A stretch of 64,000 bases of DNA from Podarcis vaucheri (lineage: Eukaryota): the NCBI GenBank assembly GCA_965113315.1, contig OZ220373.1. One strand, given 5' to 3'. Every line of letters starts with the position of its first letter. The first letter of the stretch is position 1. The translations under genes were made by a program, and so were the position numbers. Shown piece by piece: positions 1 through 13,215 of the stretch. A model generated the notes under the pieces. That model worked only from the letters and a program-made list of their open reading frames with translations, searched no databases and was not told the origin of the DNA.

Positions 1-245
1 TTCGCAAGACGATTTTCCCTATGGGCTTGCTTTGCAAGACGAAAACGTCTTGCGAGTGTTCCGATTTTTTTCCGCTCCCCCCTCCCTTTTTCTAGCCGCT
101 AATAGCCTTTTAGCCGCTAATCCGCTAAGCCTTTAATAGCCGCTAAACCGCTAATAGCGCTAATCGGGTTGCTTCGCAAGACGAAAAAACCGCTAGACGA
201 AGAGACTCGCGGAACGGATTAATTTCGTCTTGCGAGGCACCACTG
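1..245. mobile_element. Tc1/mariner-superfamily (pogo/Tigger-like) MITE, cut by window start
   Basis: Ends in TIR TCGTCTTGCGAGGCACCACTG followed by TA. Same family as 39129-39381. Internal GCCGCTAA-type repeats. Confidence 0.8.
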
Positions 246-1401
246 TAATGTCATGGAGCCCAGAGTAGGCTGAGTAAGCTATGATGTAACAATATTGCTG
301 TGTTGGGTCTACCTGAGCTGGTCCACCAGAAGTAAATCTTTCAAGTATGCAACACGCCCACTGCAGGGAGAGCCAACATGTCAGTATTGACTAGATTTCT
401 GGAATGATGGGGTCTCTGTGCACTGGATTCTAAGGCAGCAGGGTGGGATTTGGCGTGAAAATGGCCGGAATAGCATACGCTGTCATTACCAGTGTGCAAA
501 CTCACAATGCACCTCCTAACTTTTACAGCATTTCCTACTGGTGGCACATACAGCGGTTTGACGCCCCAAGGCTTCCTCCTGGGAACGCAGGAATGCAGCA
601 GCTCAGAGAGGAACAGAATCAGTTTCTCTGCCCTTAAGCTTAAGCATACTTACAGGCAGTAAACCCTATTGAAATAATGTCGAGTTACTTCTAAGTACGC
701 ATTGTTAGGAGGTTACACATTGGAAAGAAGTTTCACTTAAACCAGTAAGTTCTGCAAGGTCTTAGTATCACAATGCAAACTAAGCAGACATGCCTTCCAT
801 TTGGTATGCGGTCTACCTATAAATCCATTTTCTTTTTTGTGTGGCAAGGGCAACAAAATTACATTTTAAAGCTAATAACAGGTTTCTGTGTAAGCGAAGT
901 ACAAACCCTTGGGGTTGTATCATATGTAGTGCTAAGTTAAAGCCATTTAGAGGCATGACTTGTTCCACGGGCAAAATGTTTTGAACCAGTGAAATGCTGT
1001 TGCAAAAGAGCCCTTGCACTGGAAGGGAACATAAGATACAGTCCTTGGTCATCATGTTAGTGACAAAATACATGTGGACTTTTTATTGCTGCTGACTGTT
1101 TCAGCAGATCAGGCTGAGGAAGAGAAAATAAACCGTGTTTCAGATCTATCCCATGGTAAACATTCTTGTGTTTGGTTCAGAGGGATATAGCAACTCCTTG
1201 GCAGGTGTACTGCTTATATTAATTCTACAGGTCTCACTTATCATACAGTATTTGTGCATTTAAGAAGGCATTTTCTTTCTTCTTCTTTTTTTAAAAATAG
1301 CACACACTTCAGATAGTTCAGACATTGATGATAAGACTCTCAAGTGCAACATCTATAAGCCACCAGTGATACCAAGGACCTCAGCTCATGGTCAAGAGAC
1401 C

Positions 1402-1545
1402 CTTCCCCAAGCTGCTGCCCTCCAGATGTGGTGGACCCCAACTCCCACCAGTTCTAGTCATCAAGATGATGATGGGACGATGGCCAGGGCTGATGGAAAT
1501 TATAGTCCAAAATATACGGAGGGCATCAAGCTGGGGAAGGCTGGT
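1402..1545. mobile_element. Degenerate palindromic MER5/Charlie-like hAT MITE
   Basis: CCTTCCCCAAGCTG...AACTCCCA...GATGGAAATTATAGTCC...GGGGAAGGCTG inverted layout. Similar remnants near 5935-6060, 9110-9215 and 10670-10765. Confidence 0.5.
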
Positions 1546-4500
1546 CAATACTATGAGGAGCCACACTTTAAGTAATGAAGTAATTTCAAGGGGGTGGAAC
1601 TTAAGGCTAGCCTACCCTTGTGGGATAAGGATCGTTCTACATAGTGACATGCAGATAATTGAGTCTCAAACGCAGAGGCCAAAGTAGAATTATTATCTCA
1701 CAAAACAACACTGAATGAAAAAACACGCACAACCAACCAAATTAAGATTTAATTAAGCATGTTATAAACAGGCAAACTAAATCCAAGAAAGGGGAGAGAG
1801 AAATGTTTATTCTTCAGTAGCGCTTAAAGCATTGCGCTACAGGTTTGGATTAAGCAGGTACACCCAGAAATTAGACAATTATAATGTTAGCAGAGGTGGA
1901 GCAACCATTAAAAAATAATAATTGTACGCATCTATACCATTCAGAGGGGGAAATGCTCAAATGCTCAAGTGCCCCATGTGTATTACCTGAAAAATTAAAT
2001 ATTTTTTATATTGACGTTTCGTTAGCATATTTATAACCCCCAACTTTACACCAACAATTTCCAACCATGAGACTAATAAGGTAATTCAAACACAACAGAG
2101 CAACGCCTCTTGAAATACTTCATTATTCCTGGCACACTTTCTGCTTCTTATTATCTGTGCACTTCACATAAAAATTCATTCTCCATAAGGGGCAGATTTC
2201 ACTCAGGTGGGTGACTTGAGGTCCCTTGACTGCTTTATTCGGTTAAGGATTAACTTGTACACTGGCTGTACACTCAAAAGTGGGCAGATTTATGCCCTAT
2301 GCCTTATAACCCTGCCCAATTTTGCTACAATACATCTTTTAGCCGTATACTGTCCTCATGCCACAGAAGGCAATGTACAATGCAGGATTCTTTCAACAAG
2401 GAAATGGGCTCACTCTTCCTCATTAGATTAAGAAGGCAGCATTGATAAGGCAGCATTCACCACTGCTGTACTCTAACCGAGATACCACCTCATTTTTCAT
2501 TACTTCACTTGAATGTGTCCACCACAGAGAAGATCTAAATTGCTCAATCATTTTTGAAGCGGCAGTGGGAACCCTAAGATGGACCCTCCCCTTCGGTGTT
2601 CAGACAAGCTGCTGCATCGTATTTCAAAACACACGGCTGCAAAACTGGCTCTCAGCGGATTGAACCATGGGTCCAGATTACAGGGATGTTGGGCACAGGT
2701 TGCCTTGGAGGGCTCCCATGACACAAGTGACAGAGCACACGGTTAAGATGTAGCATCGCCGTTTCAGTGCCTGGATCTTCTCTGGACGATTATCTCAGAG
2801 AGCTGGTGCAAGAAGGGACAACCAACACTGGCCTAAGAAGGCCCCATGGTGATTCTGTTCAGGCAGCTTCACATACGTTATCAGAGGGCAGCTCAACCTT
2901 GAGAGACAGAAAAACCTCCTTGCCTTGAAGAGTCTTCAAAGGCAAGTGCAGGAGCTGTAAAAAAATCCCTATCAGGAAAACTTTAGCCACAGGTCACCCA
3001 GACCAGAGTTGCAGTTGTGAATACAGCAGACCTCTTCGAACTCCGTTACTCACAGTGGATACAGAATGCACAGACGCATAGGTGCAAATAATGAGCTGTC
3101 AGGTGAATTTCTGAAGCATCTAAGCATCTAATAACAGAATGAGATGGCTTTTTGGGGTGGGTGGGACAAAAACAGTGTGCAAAAAAAGATTTTTTTATAT
3201 ATATTTAAAAAATGGTATATTAAAAACAAAGATAAGTCCATGAGAAAGAGAGATTAAAAAAAAGCAAAGAGACCCAGGAAAACCGTCGCAGAGCAGGATA
3301 TGATGGTGCCCCAAGCGATGGAAAGGAGAAGGCAGGTGCTAGATGAGCGGAAGGAGCAGGGGAAAAGGGGCGGTGTGAGGAAAGACCATTTAAGAAACAG
3401 AAATCTTCTGCATTTTTATTTCTTTGGGCCAGGGAAATGCTGAAAAGTAATGAAACAGAGCGTTACAACGAAGCAAAGGAAAAACCGTAGGAAGTGAACA
3501 GGAAGGGATGGAAGCGCCATGCCACAGAAAAGCTGGCTACGTATCTCATGCGATTGCACACCCTGGATGCCCTCCAAGCTAAAGGGAGTGGCAGGAGCTC
3601 TACTGTCGCCCCCCCCCCCATGGACCTAACCTAACATCTGGCATTTCGAATTAGCAATGAAATCTATGCATACGAGAAAGGTCATGCCAAGCCTTACTCT
3701 GACCTAAGCAGCAAAGATTGCTCTCCCTCTCTCTGTCTTCCCGCACACGTCTCTGCATTTTAAGCCTGCAAAGTTTGAGCAACACATGCAGCAAGCAAAG
3801 CATTCCCAGACTTCACTTAATACTATGGTAGCAATGGAAGAACTTACAACAATAAAAATGAAAGCCCTTAGGTGTTACTTCAGGCAGTGTAATTTAAGTC
3901 ATACTTTCAGTTGCCTTTTAGTCTACTCTACATTCCAATTAAAGCAAGAAGGGAGAAGTTAGGACCTTAAGAGATATTAGCAAGGGAAGCTATTTTGAGG
4001 GGGGCAGAAGTTTGGAGAAGTTATCGAACTCACATTCCTCTATGGGGAGCAGGAATAAAGGGCTATAAAGTATCAGTTTTCCTTGCTATTCTGAATACAT
4101 CTGTAAGTCGAAGTCCTTCCATTGCATTAATGATACGATAAAGCTGGTCTTGCATTTTCCAAGGTGCCCCATTCTCAAGTTGAACACAGAATGATGTGGA
4201 GAGCCACAAAATGACCCCTGGGTCTGATGTTCCCTGTCCCAACTTTTCATGCATGCCATGTGGTCAAGCTTTTGCTCTGGAACTTTGGAGGCAATTCAGA
4301 TCTTCTACGTATAGATGCTAAGCTATATCGTAGTGTTGCATATCTCTACGGCTGGAGGGGAAAATGGCAGCCTGATGGCTCTGTCTGGCCTCCAATGGCT
4401 TCTCATCTAGTCACCATTCCCAGGAGTATTCCTCAGTCGTTATTCAGCACATCCGATTCAGAGAGCTCTCTCAGCTCCTCTTCCACCATCACAGCACCAA

Positions 4501-6222
4501 TAACGACAGATACTTCTCTGCTGGGTCTATCTTCTCAGCTATAGCATCAGGACTCCATCCTCAGAGACACAGATGCCACCACTGCTGAAGCAAGGTGAGG
4601 GGGCCACACCAGAAACACTCCAGCCAAGCTAGCTCATCCACTAAGACAAGGGTGTCTAAGAGAAACGAGTTTTCCGTGGAAGAATACTGGGCAACACCTT
4701 GCAGAATCACCCCCTTCTTTTCCAATGCACATTTAACTTAAGTCGCTAAAAAGGAATGCACCTCTTTTAAAAATCTGGATTTAGTTCCATCCCTGCCTTT
4801 AAAAACTTTGGTGTAACTTGCAAAACTTTAAATATTCAGTATTGTTTATTTAATAATGGACCATTAACACCCCAATTAATCTCAGTATGTGCACATAAAA
4901 ACTACAGTTTAGCTAAGCAATATATATTATTTTTCACTACAACGATTTTGGGTGCAATCCTATACAGTACTCCCGAATTGAAATCTACAGGATGTTTTGA
5001 GTCGAAACATATAGAATTGCACTGTTAGTGATCAGATAGATAATTCTACTATCATAAGGACAAGGCTCTTTGCCTTTTAGGATACACAGAAGTAAAAATT
5101 TTAGTAGGTGCAGGTTTTCTCTCTCTCTTGCATGGCAAGCTGCATCCAATAAAATCTATTATTTCCACACACCTATGAAAAGTACAGGAGCCCTGATTTC
5201 CATTGCATCTGTTCTCCTACTGGCTACCCAAAGCTCTTCTATTTCATTATTGTACTCTGTCTTACAGTACCCAGAACACATAATGCTAACACATTTCTCC
5301 TACTTTTGCCCAGTATCTGAAAAAGCTCTTTTGATGGTCCTGACATGGGAGTATAGAATATTTACTGGGCAGACAAACATGAAGACTAAAACACACCATA
5401 AACAGTTAAGAAGTTTTTTGTGGGCAACGCACAGCAACCCAAGTCAACCTTGATCACTTGAGGCAAATGATCAAGTTTTCTGTGCAAAGAGTTTCCTTCG
5501 CTCCGAACATGACTGCATACAAAATACCATGCACATTTGCAATATTTAAATGCACTTCTTAAGTCAGGGATTCCCCAAAATGCCCCTATCACATCTTGTT
5601 TCCTTTCAAAAGCACCATCTAAATTGCACTATACAGGGTGAGTGTGGGGAATCTTTGGCCCGCCAGATGTTTCACAACTACAGCACTGGGCCATGCTTGC
5701 TGGGGCTGGAAGGAAATCTAGTTCAGAAGCATTTGGAAGCATTTGGAAGCCCAAAGGTTCTCCACATCTGGTATAGGCTAATTAATTAACAAGGTGAGAC
5801 CCACTTTCCTCTGCCTTGCAACACTGCCTATTAGGTAGCTGACAACACTTGTTGTCAGCCCAGTATTATTTATCACATCTGTGGGTTTACAGCACAAGCT
5901 AAGAATCTGGGGGAGAAACAGACTGCTACCCTTTATAGCAGCCTCCTCAATCTAGTGTCCTATAGAGGTCCCATCAGCCCCATGAGGCATGGCCAATGGT
6001 CAGGGGTGGTGGAAGGTCTAGTTGAAAATATCTGGAAAACACCAGGTTAGGAAAGGCTGAGAAGCTATAGAGTACCTAAGCAGGGCATCTAAAGATCAAA
6101 GGACTAACACGATTCACAATTTCTCTTATTCCTCCAGTTGTGTTGCTGGCTTTTTATACTCTCCATTGCTACTATCCAGCAGAGCTTCTTATATTCTGCC
6201 ATTACAGAATTGGAGGCAGAAT

Positions 6223-6254
<32 letters not shown>

Positions 6255-6255
6255 T
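6223..6255. repeat. (TCA)n microsatellite
   Basis: Visible trinucleotide run. Confidence 0.9.
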
Positions 6256-6697
6256 ATTATGCATGAAGACATATGTTTTTTATACAGAAAACCGGTTTTC
6301 GTATTTATCTGAACATGGCTCCATATACACTACCATAGAAAAGTAGACTAAAAGCCACAGTTGTCTTCTCCCTCTCCTCTTATCTCTGGCCTCTTGGAGA
6401 TAAAGCAATCAATTCTGGAAAACCCTGGCTTAAGAGGTCATTTGGCTCTGCAAACGTTTTAAAGCAACCGTGCATTCTTTGGACACTTCATAAAGGCAGA
6501 ATATCCAAGACAAATTCCACTCTTCATTTTTTTTAAAGCGAAAAGGCTACATCAGTTGCAGTGGGAATGGAAGACCTTTGAAGAGTCAGAACTCACAATT
6601 TATTACAGTGATGGGGAGCTGTTCAGCTAACACTGTCCCTTGCAGCTTTTAAAAACTGCAATCCAGTCTCCAATTTAAAAGACAGATTTGAACATAC

Positions 6698-6802
6698 CCG
6701 CTTAAAATCATTCATGTTTGTTGCTTGGACTGGTGTTCCAATAAATGTGAAATATGAAATTCTCGTCGTTTCCTCATTACCTTGATTGGACTGGACAAAT
6801 AA
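6698..6802 (-). CDS. TXNL1: Thioredoxin-like protein 1, coding exon 7 (PITH domain C-terminal part)
   Basis: tttcag|TTA TTT GTC...AAG CGG|gtatgt; 105 nt; [35 protein letters not shown]. Confidence 0.96.
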
Positions 6803-7063
6803 CTGAAATGGAAAAGATCAGTACTGAGTTACATGATGTGGAGGGATCCAATAGCCCACAAAATAGTCAACTTATTTGAAGTTCAGGGAAAAGCAAAGTG
6901 AAGGGAAGATGGGACAGGGCTGACTAGTCTACCCCTTCAAGTTTGTTAATGGAAAATGTTTGGGCTGTATTAACTAAGGGATAGGATTCAAGTCCACGGT
7001 GGAGCTTGAACCAAGCAGTTAAAGGATGTCACCACCTTCTGGACAGATGAGTTGAGTTACACT

Positions 7064-7731
7064 AAAGGTAAAGGGATCCCTTGTCACGGCTAAAATGGCC
7101 GCTGTTTCTTTAATGCGAATAAAGCTGGGTCAGCATGACTCAGCGGTCTGCACCAAGTTGTATATATAAGTGAGAAATGTTAGTTTGTTGCTGAGGCTGG
7201 TGTTTGGATTGGTTGGTTGGTTAGTGCTGGTGTGTCTAGTTATTCAGTTGTGTTTTGCACAAAGACTTTTAAGAATAAAACTCTGCAAGGATATTCTCGT
7301 GGACTCTTTTTGTGCCGACAAGGAGACTGAGGAGACAAAGGGAGGTCAGAACCCTTTCCTTCTTTTTTTTTTTTGCTTTTTACAAACACTGACATCCCTG
7401 ACCATTAGGTCCAGTCGTGACCGACTCTGGGGTTGCGGCGCTCATCTCACTTTATTGGCCGAGGGAGTTTGCGTACAGCTTCCGGGTCATGTGGCCAGCA
7501 TGACTAAGCCGCTTCTGGCGAACCAGTGCTGCACATGGAAACGCCGTTTACCTTCCCGCCAGAGTGGTACCTATTTATCTACTTGCACTTTGACGTGCTT
7601 TCGAACTGCTAGGTTGGCAGGAGCAGGGACCGAGCAATGGGAGCTCACCCCGTCACGGGGATTCGAACTGCCGACCTTCTGACCTACGCAAGTCCTAGGC
7701 TCTGTGGTTTAATCCACAGCGCCACCTGCGT
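7064..7731 (-). mobile_element. Sauria SINE interrupted near its 3' end by a solo LTR
   Basis: Tail AAAGGTAAAGGGATCCC at 7064-7080. Body resumes at 7395 (TCCCTGACCATTAGGTCC...) and matches 33619-33968 in reverse. Confidence 0.92.
7082..7394 (+). mobile_element. Solo LTR (313 bp)
   Basis: TGTCA...TGACA termini; perfect 5-bp TSD TCCCT (7077-7081, 7395-7399); TGACTCA 7136, TATA 7161, AATAAA 7274. Confidence 0.85.
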
Positions 7732-7994
7732 ATTCACCAAATCCACTTCTAAGCTTGCTGGGGTCAAGTGTCATTGGTCATCTGGTGAGAAGGATGCCCA
7801 ACTAGTAAGCAATCCGTCCTCTGAGCCTGCATTTGCACTGAGGTTCGAAAAGAATAAGTGTGAGAAGAATCCTGCCAATCCTGACCTCTTGAAACCCTCA
7901 GTGCAAATAAAGGAGATTCCTGCCTCCTTCCCAACCTCTGTTGAAGGGCCAAATAAGACTTTGGGGGAGGTATTGGGGGAACTAGTGATGAGTA

Positions 7995-8252
7995 CAGTGG
8001 TACCTCGGTTTATGAACAGTCTTGTTTATGAACTACTGTATTCGGTTTACGAACTCTGCAAAACCGGAAGTAGTATTCTGGTTTGCAAACTTTGCCTCTG
8101 TCTATGAACAGAAGCAGAACAGTTGAAGGGCACCGGTGGCAGGAGGCCTCATTAGGGAAAGCATGCCTCGGTTTAAGAATGGATTTGGTTTAAGAACGGA
8201 CTGGATTGGACTAAGTGTTCAATGGATTAAGTTCATAAAACGAGTACCACTG
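7995..8252. mobile_element. pogo/Tigger-like MITE
   Basis: TA-CAGTGGTACCTCGGTTTATGAAC ... GTTCATAAAACGAGTACCACTG-TA. Confidence 0.85.
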
Positions 8253-8695
8253 TATTAATACAATCAAGTCAAAGTAACAAGTAGACATCAAGGTAAATAG
8301 CTAGACCTTCAAATAAGCCTCTTGGAAACAACAGATGAAAATAGGCTGTATGGGACTGGATCAGGTTTTCTTGCTAGTCTACAAAACAAAAGGGATTTTT
8401 GCTGCTGCTTGCAAAATAGTGATTTTGTCTGCCCAGACCCATCTTCACTTTGCTCTCCTCTCTCTCAGGCTTGACAGGAGCTGGGTCTGGCAAACCTGAA
8501 TATTCCAGGCTCCCATCCCTACCAGTTGCTGTATCTAAGAGGCAAGAGGGGAAAAAACATAGCTGGGCTTCACTGCATTAAAACTATGGTAGAAGTGGCA
8601 AAAGTTATTGGCGGATCTACCATGCTTTGGAGTCAGCCTTTTATAATGTCATAGGATTCTGTTAACCAGGAATGAATTCGAAGGTTTATACTCAC

Positions 8696-8868
8696 AGTTA
8701 CACTGTTAACATTCTGAAACTTTACATAGCGGAGTTGGATAATACTGTCTTCTTTGATATCATCTGGCGTTAACTCCAGGGCCTGAGTGGGTTCGCTTCT
8801 TTCTGCCTCTTCAAAATCCATTGATCGAGGGAGGTTGATAAACACTTTTATATACTTTGGACCCTGAC
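8696..8868 (-). CDS. TXNL1: TXNL1 coding exon 6 (PITH domain)
   Basis: cgcag|GT CAG GGT...GTA ACT|gtgagt; 173 nt; QGPKYIKVFINLPRSMDFEEAERSEPTQALELTPDDIKEDSIIQLRYVKFQNVNSVT. Confidence 0.96.
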
Positions 8869-9822
8869 CTGCGATTAAAAAAAAATGCCACTGACTCTTT
8901 TAAAAACCCTCAAAACATGATTTTATATACTTGACAGTATTTCAAAGTTCTTCTGTGTACGAAAATTATGTAGATTCAGAAGAACCGAGACAGGGAAATT
9001 ATTATGTCCAATCTGCACCCCAAGGCAAAGAACCTTCTATCAGAAGCAAGCACATCACTTGCTTACATTTTATAACTTTAGTTAGTAAGGGCTGCACTTA
9101 ACACTACTGGCCAGTCTTCTCCAGTCTCCAGAAGTTGTAGGACTTTCAATTCCCATCAGCTCAAGCCACCATGGTCAAGTGTCAGGGATGAGGGGGGTGG
9201 GGGTGGAGAAGGTTGCTACAGGTTGTATGGCTTTTACATGTTATGGGGAGCATTCAAAAGTTCACCCTTAGCAGGCTAAAGCATTAAAGTGACTACACAT
9301 AGCACAATTCCAACCTCAGCTGTGGAGAAAGTTAACTGGACTTGCCCAGACTCCATTCCTATTGCTGAGGAGTGTGTTCCTAGCCTTCTCAGGGCAGAGC
9401 TCATGCTTTCATTTCAATATATGTACCACACCCAATTAAAATAGGTGCAATAGAAATAAATGTTATTAGCAACCACGGTCTTCAGAACAATGATGTCAAA
9501 AGATAGCTATGCTGACATGTCACCTGACAAAAGTGACACAACACATAATTTCGTAAATGCAGATTCTTGGAAATATACCAGCGGTCTCAAAACCGGAGTG
9601 GCCAGCTTGTTTTGCAAAGTTTTGCACTGCCTAGAGTGCATTTGCAGAAACTTGATGGTATGGCGGCAATGTGCTTGATGGTCAGGCCCAGACTTTAAGA
9701 CTTAGGAGCAAGAGAACAGGGTCACAAGCAAGGAACCTGTGTCTTGTGCTTTGTATTTTTAAAATCAACAGTGGCTGCATGCATAGATGGCTTCTCTTGA
9801 AAGAAGAAATATTTTTACTCAC

Positions 9823-9892
9823 CATTATCAGGCCCTTGGAACTTCATAGAATAAAGCTTGACAGGCTGATTAAAAGCTACCGTAATAAGCAG
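9823..9892 (-). CDS. TXNL1: TXNL1 coding exon 5
   Basis: ccacag|CTG CTT...AAT G|gtgagt; 70 nt; LLITVAFNQPVKLYSMKFQGPDN. Confidence 0.96.
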
Positions 9893-10006
9893 CTGTGGAG
9901 AGAGCAAAAGGAAATAAAAAATCTAAGAGTGATCTCAAATGCATTGACCCACAACATTACTGCACTTTTGATTATATAATGCAATATTCTCTGGAAGGCA
10001 AAATAC

Positions 10007-10129
10007 CTGTTCATCACAGTCTGATTCCAGGAAGGTAGAGTCTTTACGTAAACAGTTATCAAACCCGTGTTCATCACTTTCATTAAGGCATTCACAGCCA
10101 GCTTTATTAACGAATGGCATCAAATCCAT
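10007..10129 (-). CDS. TXNL1: TXNL1 coding exon 4
   Basis: ttctag|ATG GAT...GAA CAG|gtattt; 123 nt; MDLMPFVNKAGCECLNESDEHGFDNCLRKDSTFLESDCDEQ. Confidence 0.96.
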
Positions 10130-12039
10130 CTAGAAGTAAGAGACAGTGACAATGATCACCTGGCTGGGCTATACATTTATAAGACATTTACAGGGGATAA
10201 ACATGCAAAACCAAGCGGCACTTATTTTTCCATACAGATTGATCATCCCTTCTCTTCTCTTTCCTACCCACTGTTTTATCATCCCTTATCCCAAACCTGG
10301 TGCCTGTTGGTTTCTGTTTCCCTCACTGAGCAGCTGCTGGTAGTCACAGGACTATGTTTTCATTCCACTGTCTAGATACTGTTGGATTCCCACGGGAAAG
10401 GGAGACGGAATGTGACGTTTCCTGGTTTCCTGTTTCCTTTGTACTGTCATTTCTTTGTTGGAGTTGCTCTCTGCTTCTCAGAGAGACAAGATGTATATTT
10501 GTATGCTCTCAGCATAGCTTGGTAATAAAGCTTAGCAATGTAGCCATACTTGCCTCATCCTTTCGTTGCGGACTCTGGGTTATACTCTGCTGGGCTCAAG
10601 CCAAGATGAGCCATATCAGCTTGGAGGACCAGAGCTGAATTTAATTAACAGTGCCCTTCACATATTTTGGACGACTCCAACCATTCCTGACCATTGGCCA
10701 TGCTGGCTGGGATGGGAGTTGTAGCCAAAAACACGTGGTGGGCACCTGGTTGGAGAAGGCTGCTGTATGTTGTTGTTTCATGTCATAAATTACAATGAGC
10801 GCTTTGGCAAGACGGCAGTTTAGAAACAGAACACTTGAAATAATAAAAACAAAGATAAACACCAAAGGAGGGAAAATCTATTTACCTAATTGAAAAGACA
10901 GTCCAAGTACAATTCTGCAATCCTTCACTTTTGTGTCCTTCAGGACAGTTTTGAAAAGCTTTAGAAGCAAATGCCTCGTTGGAAGTCAAAGCTGCTACAA
11001 CTGCTTATTACATTTAACTATTTGCTTAACTATTTGCATTCACACTAGACGCAATGAACACAGCGGTACAGACAACATTTGTAAATCTGAACTAGTACAA
11101 ATGCAAGTGGCCTTATATTCACGGGGTTATTTACAGGAAAAAGATTCAGCTGCAAAGGTAAACTGGGTAGCAGGGATTGCGTCTATTTAGCTGTGAATTT
11201 AAAGTACTTAACATCTCAAAAGAGATGCATTCTTGCATTTAACATAATTCTAGGTTAGCACGTACAGTTTCCCAGCAAAGTCTAATGGATTGCATTTGCT
11301 AATTTGGAAAACAAACCATCACAGCACTGCAGCAGCTGGGTGTGCTTTTATTGAGCTACTGAACTATTAGCTGCGCTGGCACTTGGCTGAAATATTAAAC
11401 ACTGTACTCTGTCAGGGGTTGTATTAATATTTTGGGCAGGATGCGAAAGCTGACCCCTTTTAAGAGGAATATTATATCAAATGATGCTCAGAAACTGTCA
11501 TGAAGATGACAGCTCCAGTTGAGTGTTTTGTCACATTAAGGTACTCATTTACATGTACGTGTCACTCCAGCTGTCAGACAAGCCCTGATTTGCAACATTC
11601 AGGAGCCCCAAGGTAAAACCTCAACAAGGAAAGATGGTTTTTTTTAAAAAAAAAAAATCTGCTGACAGCTATCTTCTCTTAAGTCAAGGCAAAACCTTGA
11701 AGGTAGTGTTTGACAAAAAGATGATTAGAAATTCTGGTCTCAAGACTTCGAGATCTGGACTAAAAGATTTTAAAACTCCACTCCACTCCACTGCTTAGTG
11801 TAGGATCCTGCCCCAATTAAAAGTTCTAGAGAACTCAAACACCTGCACATGATTTAAGACATTTTGGCTGATCCCAATAGCTATGTGGACTTGCTGTGGA
11901 TTTGACCACTTTTGTTTTTCCTGTGCCTTGGGAAAAACTGTTCCCAGCTCTTAAGGGCAGAATCCATAACCAGGAGAATGTGGGGTTGCTTTTTTAAAAA
12001 ATCACCTGAAAGGGGATTTGTAATTTGAGGGTTATGTGC

Positions 12040-12250
12040 TCCCTAGACACCAAGCAACATTACACATTTTAGTACCCTTTTTTGAACATTTTCCAGGTCT
12101 TCAATAACCTGTTCGGCTACCGGAACTGTATGCAGTTCTGCATACGCACCATATGTTCATATAAAGGTATTATGTTATCACCAGTTTTATTTTCAATCTT
12201 CTTCCTAATAATCCCTAACATAAAATTTCCCCTTTCCACAGCTGCTAGAC
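12040..12250 (-). mobile_element. CR1 LINE ORF2 fragment
   Basis: Translates AAVERGNFMLGIIRKKIENKTGDNIIPLYEHMVR, matching the CR1 motif AAVKKANSMLGIIRKGIENK...PLYKSMVR. Confidence 0.8.
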
Positions 12251-12321
12251 AAGAGGCCTGTTGTGAGCAACAGCTATAAAGACTTTGCATGTGCAGTAAG
12301 AGCAGTAACAGAAAGAGCTCA

Positions 12322-12345
12322 GTGTGTGTGTGTGTGTGTGTGAGT

Positions 12346-12369
<24 letters not shown>
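12322..12369. repeat. (TG)n(AG)n compound microsatellite
   Basis: Visible dinucleotide runs. Confidence 0.9.
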
Positions 12370-12376
<7 letters not shown>

Positions 12377-12722
12377 GGGGTGGAGGGATGGAGAAAGAGA
12401 AATTCAAAATTCTATCATCCGGGACAGGATTCAAAAAGTACTCTCAAATGCATCAATACATTCTGTATCTCTCCCTCCCTCCTGATGCAACAGAGGCTGC
12501 CTGTGATGGAGGTGGAGTTCTAACTTTCAAAGGCATTATTTAAGGGGAGGAGGAGAGCAAGGAGGGACTGCAGTGGAAAGGGGACCCTCAGAAGTCCCAG
12601 ATCATGCGAAGAGCTTTTGCACCTGCATGGAAGCTCCATCCTGATCCTCTGGATCCTTTCGAATGCAAATCTTTTAACACTGCACAGATAATAATCCACT
12701 AGAATAGATAAAATATACATAC

Positions 12723-12896
12723 ATATCCTTTTGGAATATCGGTATCCTCATTATTTCCAGGATCATTTTCTAGGTGCTGTTTGATTTTCTCTTCCAATCC
12801 AGCAGCGTCGGCACCTTGATACTGGTCGATGCGCACTTTGCTCCGGAAGAAAAGAAACGTTGGGGTTGCCGATATATTATTGGTTGCAGCTGTTCC
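12723..12896 (-). CDS. TXNL1: TXNL1 coding exon 3
   Basis: ctag|GGA ACA...GGA TAT|gtatgt; 174 nt; GTAATNNISATPTFLFFRSKVRIDQYQGADAAGLEEKIKQHLENDPGNNEDTDIPKGY. Confidence 0.96.
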
Positions 12897-13103
12897 CTAG
12901 CATTTGAGAAGTCAACAGTTAGCAATGTGCAGCAAGATTTTAGTATTTAATGAACAAAAGAGTACCAATCATCCCAGGTCATCCACATAAACATCAGCAG
13001 CAGAATGTTTGCTGCTTACATGCAAAAATAGTGCTAATTGGAAATACAATTTTCTATGTTGCTCCCCAACAGAGAAAAAGGTTTTCATGATGACTTTTTA
13101 ATA

Positions 13104-13215
13104 CAGTGGTACCTCTACTGAACGTGATCCGTTTCAGGGTGCCGTTCGCACCCCGAAAAGTTCGTAAATAGAGCGCCGCTACTGTACGTGCGCGATAGAG
13201 CACTTCTGCGCATGC
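13104..13215. mobile_element. Truncated pogo/Tigger-like MITE
   Basis: TA-CAGTGGTACCTCTA start; related to the outer element at 34705-35489; no second TIR. Confidence 0.7.

Noticed and set aside
7170-8107. ORFs of 170 and 156 aa
   Set aside because: They run through an LTR, a Sauria SINE and a MITE. The same peptide text recurs at other SINE copies.
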